NCBI GenBank assembly: GCA_040954595.2
Contig: CM082578.2
Span: forward strand, 18,308,728-18,372,727
Length of the DNA stretch: 64,000 nt
Source: Balanoglossus misakiensis
Taxonomy: Eukaryota > Animalia > Hemichordata
Direction: 5' to 3'
Part shown: in pieces, positions 53,221-64,000 of the stretch
How the letters are laid out: the number at the start of each line of letters is the position of its first letter
Position numbering within the stretch: the stretch's first letter is position 1
Notes under the pieces: generated by a model
Told to the model about the DNA's origin: nothing
What the model saw: the letters and a program-made list of their open reading frames with translations, nothing else
Databases searched by the model: none
Made by a program: the position numbers and the translations under genes

Positions 53221-54432
53221 ACTAAGACCAAAGAGATATTATTTTTCTCATCGGATTGCGCGAGACTGATAAAACTTACCGTACATCTACATCATTGGTA
53301 ACGATTCAACGATTCTTAAATAGCTCCGTTGGCCTGAACATTTCGCTTATAGTAGTAGATTTTTGAATTCTTCTGTTCTGTGTATCAACTGCAATTTCTT
53401 TCGACCTCTTCAACTAGATGGAACCCAGTAAATTTAACTTACCAACACCGTCCATATGTAGATATATATATTCACTATATGTAACGTATTGAATGGCTTC
53501 CGAAAGTTGTCACCAGTGGTTCTCAAGATTGTGGTTCTAATACTTGATATTCTACTCAAATGATTACATTCATTTGGATTCAGACAATGCGTTTTATATA
53601 ATGAGTATATTTTAACTTTGTAAAGTGCTAGATCAATCTAGCACTTGAATGTTTACATGTTAAGGTAAGGGACATTACTGTTGCTATTCATAGCGCGCCT
53701 GTAGATATTTAAGTAACTACATCGATGGAATTTTTTGGGTTTTGATAGTGAGCAGGATTTGTCATTTGACATACCAGTCAGTGCTGATGTGTTATATGTG
53801 TATGTCGTGGAGTTCCCTCCTAAATTAATCCACTCATGTTCAGAGAAATGAGCATAAATATTCTTGAATGAATTTCCGGTGTGAATTTTGCAATAATGAT
53901 GGTATGGTCGTTAATTTTATACTGAAATATGCCGCGTCACCATGAATAACGACCCAACCTGGTTGATTTATTGGCCCCCTGTGACGCTTCAGGTTAAACA
54001 AAATGGTCAAAAGGTACTATGTCAGTGGATTACTGCTCGTTGGTGCAAATAGCAGGCATCATTGGGGGGCTATTGCACACGCCATCAAAAGTGACACAAG
54101 TTCACGTCACTTTCCGCCAAGGGGGGGGGGGGGGGGGGCTATGGATCTGAGCAGTGTTACAAGGCCCGCATATATAAGAAAGAAAGCGTTTTACCAATTG
54201 CTTCCGAACATTGTATCAGCAACCTAATCTCCCTGCAATCTCCATCCTTCGAACAAATACAGGGAAATGTAAGGAAACGGGATGCACCGGCAGATATCAC
54301 AGGTGAATGTGTATTTTTTACAAGACTGACAAACTGTTTTTCCTGAAAAGATAGGATCGTCATTGGGGTATTTTGTCATGGCCTTATCGACTCTCGTATT
54401 CGACCGAGTTTCGCGGCAGAAACTAGAATTAA

Positions 54433-54778
54433 AGGGACAAAGTCTCTCTCTCGCTGCCCTTTTTTCCATTAATTATATTTGATAAGAGAAACGTTTGTTA
54501 TTCTACATGTGGATATATAGTGAATGAAGGTTCAACCACATACAACTTCCATCCCTCTTATAGACAGGAGAGTGAAAAAACTCGCCAAAATGAATAATCG
54601 TTCTTTACCATTTATTCATTTTGGGCGAGTTTTTACTCTCATATCCTACAAACGAGATGGAAGTTGTGTGTTGTCGAATGTTGATTCACCATATATCCAC
54701 ATGTAGAATAACATATTCGGCGTCTTGTATCAAACATAGTTAATGGAAAAAGGCCAGCGAGAGAGAGACTTTGTCCCT
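54433..54778. mobile_element. Fold-back (whole-length palindromic) MITE, Kolobok-like (AG..CT termini, TTAA TSD)
   Basis: TTAA|AGGGACAAAGTCTCTCTCTCGCTG ... CAGCGAGAGAGAGACTTTGTCCCT|TTAA. Inner arms also pair: GTTATTCTACATGTGGATATAT with ATATATCCACATGTAGAATAAC, and AAAACTCGCC.AAAATGAATAA with TTATTCATTTTGGGCGAGTTTT. Confidence 0.85.
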
Positions 54779-57701
54779 TTAAGGTCAACGTGCATCATGC
54801 GGCAGAAATTTGCATGCTTATAGGATTCACACATCGGAAACATCATTCGGTGGTGATTGGTGACGGCATCGAATACAGAAACGCTATTTACTGGAAGCAA
54901 TTTTGCCAAATGCAATATGTGTAATGGAAAAGGCGTGAATTCCCTCGCAAAGTGCCAACGCAAGTGACGTGTAGGTTAACCGTGACAGTGCGCATGCCTG
55001 AGATGAAAAAGACTAAGCAAGAAACCAGTGCGAAATACTGCATTTCATTTCACATGTTGCCTTTTCCTGATCACATCCTCCGCGCGTTTCACAGAGCGCA
55101 ACAAAAGTATAGATTGTCTGCGAATATATGCCGACATAGAAATCAACCGCCCTTTTAAGACCTGAATCCAAATAATTAAAACGCGCCCACCGCGGTCCCA
55201 AAAAAGTGAAATTCTCCAGGGTTTCCTACAAGAGATAACGGTTCTATGCGAAGTTTATGTGCAGTGATGTTTCCGACAATCATGCAATCTGCGATAAACG
55301 AAGCCAACGGAATATCTAATTTAAGGTAGATATGTGTCTTGGGACAGCGTGCGCGCGCAGAAGTCTGCGGCAGCGTTCAAGTGCTTACAAGACGCAGAAG
55401 TTGTATAACTGACGCGGTCTTCATCATCATCATCAGCAGCAGCAAAATGATGATGTCGGTGTGTTTGCAAAAAGAATGCGTAACCTTCCTGGGAGAATCA
55501 TGAATGATAATATTGTTTATGACAAGCGTTCGCCCCTGAAACGTGCGCGTTCTTCCATTCAACTCTCCCATTTTTCAAGAAAACCGTCCCTTTGTTTTAT
55601 GTTCTGTTCGTTCTCTTTTGTTTTTCTCTGCTTTGCTTTGATTTTCTTTGATGTGTCTTTGTAATAAATTATGTTGCCGGAACAGACAAACAAAAGACAG
55701 GTTAGCGGGTGTGTTCGTTTGAATATATCCAAGCTTTTTTTTACTTTCGCGGTCTTCTTTGTGAAAGAAATCAATTTCGATGACAACAACTCGTAAGTGT
55801 AAATATTTAAGGAAACTATTGTCGATATGCATTCAGATGGAGTCAGGCGTATCAGTGACGTATATATAGTCTTACTAATTACAAATTTACGAAGCCATTG
55901 CATCCCCATAAGATTGAAGAGAATAAGTATTTATTCGGAAAGTGTTTCATTCATATAATACATGCAAAGTATGATTCACATCGCTGCATTGCGTGAAGCA
56001 TATATACATACACGGCAAATATCCATCATCCCTCAAATAAATATAAACATACGTTTTCGTGACGTGACTCCGTAATTGCCAAATGTGACCTGAACGTTAC
56101 TGTACAGACGATTGTCGTAAAACATCGTTGCAGCTATACATCTGCCTAACACTGTTACTAATTATATAGCAATTCGATCAAATGGCAATTTACTTTTGAA
56201 ATTAATTTTAGATGAAACACGGACCCTCTGTCTCGCCAGTGAATGGAGACTTGCTATACACTCTTTGTTTATATTTTATGGGACACCATAAAACCTGCTG
56301 AAATGACGGAAGCGATGCGTAGCACAAGGGACGCCATGTTGTTTTGACATATTGAGGCAATAAAATTTATCTCTCTTTTTATATCGTTTGAGGGATCTAC
56401 AGAAGAATGCTCTTAAGAAGTGAAAATGCCCAACGAAATTTTAACAGAACTATTGTTTTTCTGAAATCTGTCCTCGTGGCACGTATTACCTTAATCACAG
56501 ACAAGCGTCTGTGCCTTAATGAACAATCCATCGCGTGCAGCTTCGTAAAGCTTCTTGATGTGTACGCATGATCAGTGAAAGTGGTGCATAAAAATGATTT
56601 TAAAAAAACTGTTTTCTCCATTACACAACATGTTCCATGTCAATTAAATTTGGTTTTACGCAATGCTTACTACCCTAAGGAGTCAGCATCATCAGTGACT
56701 CAGATGACACTGCTGAAAATTGTAAATTTGCAGGCGTCCTGCGATGAAAATTGAAATTATGAGCCTTGCATATTTAGCCTGTCTTGTCTGGGCTCTGTCA
56801 AATTAGAACCGTGATTGCCTTCAATGGAACACCACATTTACACCATCCTTTAAACGGGGTATCAGGTGATTAGTGGGCACGATCAATAGGCAATGCTATG
56901 GGCTGACGAAAGCCGTGAAAAGGCAGACTAGACACTATAGGCTATAGTTTGACTTATGAACAAAGTATAGGCTATTCATGGAAGGTAAAGACGCCTACGC
57001 TGCAAAAGCATACCACTAACAACAATTACATAGTATGGCATCTAGAAGTAACTACATTACCCGTGATATAATTCTCAATCAGACAAAAATAATTGAGAAT
57101 AAATAAAAACCGAGACGTCGTCCCTGAAATGTTCCCCATGTTAAGCTTGTACGACGTGAGCTGGCCTGACCAATATTATGAGTGTGACGGCTAGTGTGAC
57201 GCTAAGTAAGTGATCGATTGAAAGCGAACATAAGGTCTGGTAGAAAGTTGTCGTGAAGGATGAACAGCGAAATGTGAGGTGTGAGGTTCAAAAAGCTCAC
57301 CGCGGAGGAAATTAACGATAGTAGTGGATGCATTGCTGTATGTGTTTGCTCCCTTCTGGATACTGCGACAGTGACAGACATTAATCAAAACTACGTATAA
57401 CGAGTGTCAAGCAACTCTCGGCATCATCTGAACATACTCAGAGCTCTGCAAGTATTGTAGAAAGTCGTTGGGTTTGCTGCGCATGCAAACGTCACTGTGC
57501 GCTCATTGCCGATAACGACCGTCTTCCTGATAATGTTCAGATTCTTGAATCCGTCTGAACTTACAAGAACACATTACCAGTAATGTAAACCACGGTAAAC
57601 AAGGGTGTACATGGATTTCAAAGTTAAGATTACAGATAAAAGTGGATTGATTTGGCATAGAATGTAATAATTTTAAGTCGTTTCTTTCCCTTTCTTGCTC
57701 C

Positions 57702-58790
57702 TTACAAGTTGTTTAGCGAAAGTGGCATCATTTGCAGCTCGTTCTGGTAATTGCCACCGCTCATTCTCCTGCTTGTTTCAGCGTCGGTCGATTTTGTCCG
57801 TTGCGACTGCACCGGGCGCTCAACTGCGTTGCCCCGCATTGATTGGCTGTGCGTGAATGCCTTCCTGAACGCATTGCGGTGGTTTCCACTGGGTATGTTG
57901 TACAGGAACGGATTCAGCGCAAAGTTCAATATCATCATCAGCGGGGAGATTGCGTTCACGCACTGATTGAAGCTACTGTGAGTAGCGGCGCCCGGGTAGA
58001 ACAGGGACACCGCCGACAGCAGGAGAATATAGACATTTGGAGCGTTGCAGACGAAAAACACCATCGCGATAATCAGGCACACGCCCAGAACTTGTTTCTC
58101 CTCGCTGAGTCTCCTGGCTGATGAGTTTGTCAGACTGGAAGATCTCAACCGAAAGTTTCTGGCGAACTCTTTGGCAATCAGACTGTAGAAAATGATGACT
58201 AGAAACAAGAAAATGATCGTGACGATGGCGAAAATCATGATGACGGTTATCGCCGCCGTTTGACCGACGAAAACGGTGACAGTGATGAACTCACACAGGC
58301 CCAGCGAAATGCCGATAACCCACGTTACCGCTATCAAGACCAGCACCCTGTATCTGTGTTTGATGAAACCGCTCTTCATGGGCTTGCAAAGGGCGATATA
58401 CCTGTCGGCGCTGATCATCACTACCGTGGTAACGGACGTAAAGGTGCCGGTGTCCATGATGAGGACCCGTACGAACACGTAGGTGTCGGTCCTGGCGAAC
58501 GAGTACGGGTACAGGACCGGTTGCAGCAGGACGCTCACCAGACACAGCGCATCGGCGAACGCCAGGTTAATAATGTAGTAATTGGGCAGGGTACGCATCG
58601 CCCTGACTCTGGCCACGACGAAGATGAAGGCAGTGTTGCCTAGGAAACCGACAGATCCTAGAGTGATGACAAGGATGAGCATGGTGATGCTGTTGATCCC
58701 GCACATGGAGGGATCGGGTAAACATACCTCCAGTAAGGTGGCATTAGAGCCAGCGGGAGATCCACAGGAATCAAACTGTGTGTAATTCAT
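57702..58790 (-). CDS. Orphan class A (rhodopsin-like) GPCR, single coding exon, 362 aa
   Basis: Seven hydrophobic segments with GN (TM1), NLAFAD (TM2), DRY (TM3), W (TM4), CNAP (TM6) and NPFLY (TM7), plus N-terminal N-glycosylation sequons. A likely 5' UTR splice acceptor (TTTCAG, minus strand) lies near 58833. Confidence 0.93.
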   Translation of the reverse strand: MNYTQFDSCGSPAGSNATLLEVCLPDPSMCGINSITMLILVITLGSVGFLGNTAFIFVVARVRAMRTLPNYYIINLAFADALCLVSVLLQPVLYPYSFARTDTYVFVRVLIMDTGTFTSVTTVVMISADRYIALCKPMKSGFIKHRYRVLVLIAVTWVIGISLGLCEFITVTVFVGQTAAITVIMIFAIVTIIFLFLVIIFYSLIAKEFARNFRLRSSSLTNSSARRLSEEKQVLGVCLIIAMVFFVCNAPNVYILLLSAVSLFYPGAATHSSFNQCVNAISPLMMILNFALNPFLYNIPSGNHRNAFRKAFTHSQSMRGNAVERPVQSQRTKSTDAETSRRMSGGNYQNELQMMPLSLNNL

Positions 58791-59810
58791 GTCTTCTCCT
58801 ACAACGTACCCTGTTGTGCTACCTGGAATCTACTGAAACGAGAGACGTCGAAAAGGCTACTGATGACCAGGTGTTTGGTACAATGGCACTCTAAACACTG
58901 GCATTACTATAATAATATCCCACGCGGCGGTAACCCAATCAGCAGCTAGTCACCGTACTCATTCATTTCCCGACAAAATATAACTGTTTCCACATCTTTC
59001 ACGCGCACCGATGTCGACTTCAGTCTTCAGTCCCCAATATTCACGTAGAATACATCTGTTTGAGGGAGTCGGCATAAACAAAACAGGGGGAGGGCTTAAT
59101 GTTATTTCAGCAATAATTTGTGTCCCGGCATGCCCTTGTATCGCCTATGCTCAAGTTTGGCAACAAGCTATAAGATAGCGTGGTTATTCATAACGACCAG
59201 AATAACTAATATCAGGAAATAATATATTTTTCCCACGGTAAATTTTAAATGACTGGTGACAATCTCTGAGTGCACTGAGTAAGATTAAAACGTAAGAATT
59301 GTTTTTTTTTTTTCCGAGCGTGGAGTTCCTTCGACCCCCGCAGTGAAAAAGTAAATGACGCCTCCCTTAGCTAGTGTGCACATCGTGTGGGAAATGGGTT
59401 CAATGTACACGTCATCATACACAGCCCTGCAAGCAGGTACACTTTCATTGGTAAGAGCATTATGAAATATTCAAACCATTATCAGAAACAACGTCGCCTT
59501 CGGGTTTTTTATAGCTGTTGACCCAAGAGTCGCAATCTCTCCACAGCGTTCTGGGCAAGGATAATCAGAGAAGGTATCCCGAGTAAATTGCTTGCGTTAG
59601 AGACGGCCTCCTCGACAAAGGTGTACTGTACATTTGCACCGTCGCTACGTACACCGATCAGTGCTCGTTGCATTTGAAATTATCCCAGATGCAAACGTTC
59701 TAATGCCCATACATAATGTGCTCGACCGTAGTCTCGGTTATGGAGAACTAAATGCAAGTTCGCCTAGAACGCAATCTAAAGGTGGCTAGCTCTCGTCAAT
59801 ATACCCTCAA

Positions 59811-59887
59811 TTCATTCATTCATTCATTCATTCATTCATTCATTCATTCATTCATTCATTCGTTCGTTCGTTCGTTCGTTCATTCAT
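59811..59887. repeat. Compound (TTCA)n(TTCG)n microsatellite
   Basis: Directly visible simple repeat upstream of the GPCR. Confidence 0.95.
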
Positions 59888-62800
59888 GTCATATATTCCA
59901 TGGAGAACCAGGAAATGTGTTCGCTTTCTAAAACTTAACCAATGTTAATGCAAACACTATCGTACCATGGAAATGGTTGTCGCTAAAGTGATCTTTCCAT
60001 GTTTGTTGAGTTCTAATGCAAAGCGAGTTGCATACATACAAAGGGTATGTTTTTCTAATTCTCGTGGCGGTGACAGCTACAAATGGAGCCGCTCTACACA
60101 GGCGTACTAATAGGCGTCAAACAGTCCCTTAGGTGTGTCGGTTTTTCTCTCGCAAAAACAGTGCCATAGAAACATATTTCTTACCACGTTGCAACATTAC
60201 ACCATCACAGAGGAAACCCCAAACTGGAATTACACAGTGATACCCCGTCTGAGCAGGGCATTCTCATTCACAGTCTCGCATTCTCATCGGGTTTGTCACC
60301 GCACAAAGCACCTTTCAAATTAGTAGTTTTGTGGGGCTTCTCCTTGTTCGGTCCATCGATCATGTTAATGACGCAGGGGCGTGTATTAATCGATGATTGC
60401 GCGTGCAACCGATCAAATTCATCGAGAAGAACAGCGGACGGCGCCAGTTGCGCGGGAAGGCAGCTACTCTTGTGTCAGTGACTTTCGGTGTGCCTGTCTG
60501 CGTTTATATCAATGATATCGTTTCCACCCGCGGACGTTTCCACCTGTGTGTTTCCCTGTTTGGTCTCTGCTCCGTAGATGGCGTATACATCTAGCTTGGA
60601 CGCTTCCAAACTGCCAACTGCAGCCATAACCAGACACTCTCACCAAACCGATAGAGCTGTGACTTCTCTTCGTATCTCTATAAATTTGGCAATACGTCTC
60701 TCTCACTCAGCCGAGTACTATTTTTTTAAACTATCTTTCATTTATCTCGAGCGCCCTTATACATGTACACTGTCAGGCTGTGCGATGCCTCGGCCAACTG
60801 GGCAGGAAGACCCGACTGATAAGACTAGTGAACTCTCTCTCTTCTGAATGTTTGCCACGTATAGAACAGATAATTTTGATGTTCCAATTGCAAGATAAAT
60901 AAATGATGCCGCATTCAGTGTGACAGTGTTACTTTGACGCTTGTTCTTGTAATGTCTGCAGGGCCCACTGAATCGATAGATGGCTTTGGCCGCCAGCGGA
61001 GGCACCTTCCGAGCGCCCACTTTGCATATTGTCACGTAATAGAACCCGATTGGCGAGGTTACCTTGTCTGTCGCGCCGTGAAATTATAGTTGTGCATCAT
61101 GGCAACGTGCTTGAAGTAATAATCGCACTTTTAAATTTCCGGTAGTGCAAAGATTTCATAATTTGTCCACACACGAAGGAAAATTCTTCTTGTGTGTATA
61201 TATGTGCAACTTATGATGTTTTGGCGGAATGTGGCAATTTCACGGGATTAACCGTCGTCAAATGGTCTTGCGTGCGCGCATTTGCAAGCATAAAATACCA
61301 TTTCACTTATATTGTAAAGTCCTTTGCTTACACGCGTCCTTTCGACGAAAGCAAAACCTTCGGAAGTTGGAGTAAAAACACAAGACGACCGCATTTTGAA
61401 GTCCATACTGTATTGGAACGTTTTAGATATGTATTTTTAAATGTATATGTACATAGAAATTACGTATTTGCACATTGAATAAGTTATGAGTACGGTTTCG
61501 TGAAAAGTTTTCATAAGCCTTGTGGTGGCCTCCGAAACTGCGGTGAGAACTGTTGCAAAATTATCAGTACAACTGTATAACTATTAAGATTTTAACTCCA
61601 GTGGGTTGTTTTTTATTTTTTGAGTATCGATGTTCAGATACTAAACATTATATGTATTTAATATAAACAAAGACCGGATAATTCGCCTAGTTGCGACATA
61701 ATACAGTTCACCTGTGTTGCATTTTAACCTGCACACGAATCTAAACGTCAGAGAGAGGAGAAACCGTCTGATGGGCTATAGCAGCGCATGAGAAAGGACG
61801 TTGGATGCGTCTAATTGAGGTGATGGGTATCTGCAGTCTGAATTGGGAAGATGAATCATTACTTACTTTCTCTACCTCTTAACCTCCCCCGATACCAATG
61901 TTTCATTTCATCACGAGCTCCGGGGTCATAGACTTGTGAGATTTCGTTATCATTTCTTAGAATAGAGTTTGAAAAAAAGGCAAGGATGGTTGCAGGTCGC
62001 TCTAATTACATTTTAAGCCGGTTATGAAATGCGCCGTGATGTTGTTGAATTGGAGGTATCCAGTGCCTTGGAAACGTGAGATTTGATCACGAGTTCCCGG
62101 CGGTGCTTTTCAATGGTCACGTATAATGATAGAAAATCCAACGCATTTGGCCACTGATTTGCACTTTCTGCTCTCTTTGTGTTTGGCTTAAGATATCATC
62201 GCCAGACGGGGATTATGCCCGCTCATGGTAAAAACAAACTATCTTTAAGACAGCGAAAGATGGAATATCTTTCAGGCAGTTCCTATTTTGTAAACACCTG
62301 TCTCTCAGTAGTATTTTACCCGAAGAACAGTCATGACCTTTATAGAATCAAAGATCGTCAGGTACTCAGCAGATTTCTAGAGTTCTACCCACGTGACATG
62401 AAATGTTTGCTCCTTACATCATGAACTGAGTTAAGCTTCACCGACTTGACGCAGCTCGAACTTAACTGAACCGGAATGAGCTAAACTGATTGACAGTATT
62501 GGTTGCATGGGTTATGCAAATGATGGCTGCAAGGCCTGTTCACCCAAAGAGTACACGCACATCCCGGTAAGGGCAGGGCCAATGGGTGACTTTGAATCAT
62601 CACCTGTCAATCATCCCCACCCATTGCAAATGCACGGACACATAAACATGTCAGTCAACGTACTGATACAAGCACCAAGTATAGACTGACTATACCAAGT
62701 ACGAATGCACCTTATTCGCTTCAAAGAAGACGTGCGATTTCACGAAAACAAGCATAAGCTTAACATACTTCAGTTGGTGAATTTTGATCGCAGAATCGAT

Positions 62801-63940
62801 TTTGTTTCTAGACACAAATGTATCATTTTTCATTTTGTCACGTAAAAACGTTTAGAAGTCGCCCTTACCCTCGCCCAAGCAAACTATGAAGAAGGGGATT
62901 TTGATTTTATGCAAATCAGTTGTGACACATTTTGGCCACTTTATGTCACCGCTGTTGTGATCATTGATGGAAAGGATCGCTCGCAAGTTGAGCATGAATT
63001 GTTGTTATTTGGGTTCAGTTTAATGGTCGGAGACACATTGTTAAAATCTCATCAATTTCAGGTATGCACATCAATTAACTATTCCATTTAGACTATGCAT
63101 TCATCGTAGGAAAGCACTCTAAAACATCAATTTTACGGGGAGGCCCCTCGATAAACGATACATTCTGCCTATTTATTCATCTAGCGCCATTATCGTTGGC
63201 GGGAAATGGAAATTATCGCACTTTCATATTATTTGTATGGTTCTACTACTCGATTTGAACGAAAGAAACACATTTAGCTTTCAAGTTTCCATGTGAAGTA
63301 TTGTTTATAAGTGCAGTCGTTATCACTCAATAATTCGTCTCGGAGGTGAATCAATTTTATTGAACACCTACGCTTTTAAGTCAGCGCTTATCTTACAAGA
63401 TGTTCTACTTCTTAGAGGCTTGGAGCCATTGGGAGATGTGTTGCAGAGAATAACAAACTGGAATTCCTGGCTATGCTTTGATTTATTAAGTTTTGGATTT
63501 CACGTACAGCTGTACGAACTGATAAAAGGTGTATGCACAGTGAAAAGATCACCATTTCCGTAATAGTTTTCAAACCAGTTTCCGAATCTTAAATGTCGAT
63601 TTGGTTTTCATCTTTTATCGCAACATTTTATTTACTGCAGCCGTTATGCATGAAAATAATCAAATCATTTTATATGAAGTTAGCTTCGTTTCTATCATCT
63701 CCAAACACTTCACTTACAATCTGAAAGTTTAGTATTGTTAAAATTCTTGTTCTAATTTATCAATGAATAATTTTAAAGTCCCATCACTGGCCTTTGGGGT
63801 GTTTTCTTCAACTGATCGAAAGCTGTTTTGATTGAGTATCTCTGGATAATAACTCGGAGCTTCATCAAATCCGACATTATGATAATCATGACGATCTGCC
63901 CGTCATATTGCATCATGACGTCATATAACATGTTGGCCTA

Positions 63941-64000
63941 TACTGTAATACGGGAAATTTTCGCGAACTTCGCGAGAGCCAAAAACACACAACAATAAAT
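63941..64000. mobile_element. Start of a MITE of the same family as 40762-40932 (runs off the window)
   Basis: TA|CTGTAATACGGGAAATTTT...CGAGAGCCAAAAA resembles the reverse complement of the right end of the 40762-40932 element. Confidence 0.6.

Noticed and set aside
57751-58785. Several plus-strand and alternate-frame ORFs over the GPCR
   Set aside because: Shadow ORFs of a GC-rich coding sequence.

Overview
Eukaryotic, intron-rich, AT-rich genomic DNA. Gene content, GT-AG introns and mosaic CpG depletion suggest a marine invertebrate, plausibly a deuterostome such as a hemichordate (inference). Four spliced genes lie on the + strand. They are the 3' end of a DD3-3-like gene (1-933), a complete 20-exon sortilin (3134-13753), a TR2/TR4-type NR2C orphan nuclear receptor (CDS 26602-33558) and EOGT (39648-48180). 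An atypical class A GPCR with a single coding exon lies on the - strand (57702-58790). The most striking non-genic structure is a set of non-autonomous Helentron/DINE-1-like elements. A head-to-tail array at about 14997-18560 and an inverted copy at about 35411-36675 bracket the NR2C gene and are packed with AGGTCA-A-AGGTCA (DR1) sites, the motif TR2/TR4 receptors bind. Other repeats are a 1244-bp element with perfect 102-bp TIRs just upstream of the NR2C promoter, several small MITEs, a LINE fragment and microsatellites. Gene models were built by hand from splice signals and reading-frame continuity; no database search was run.
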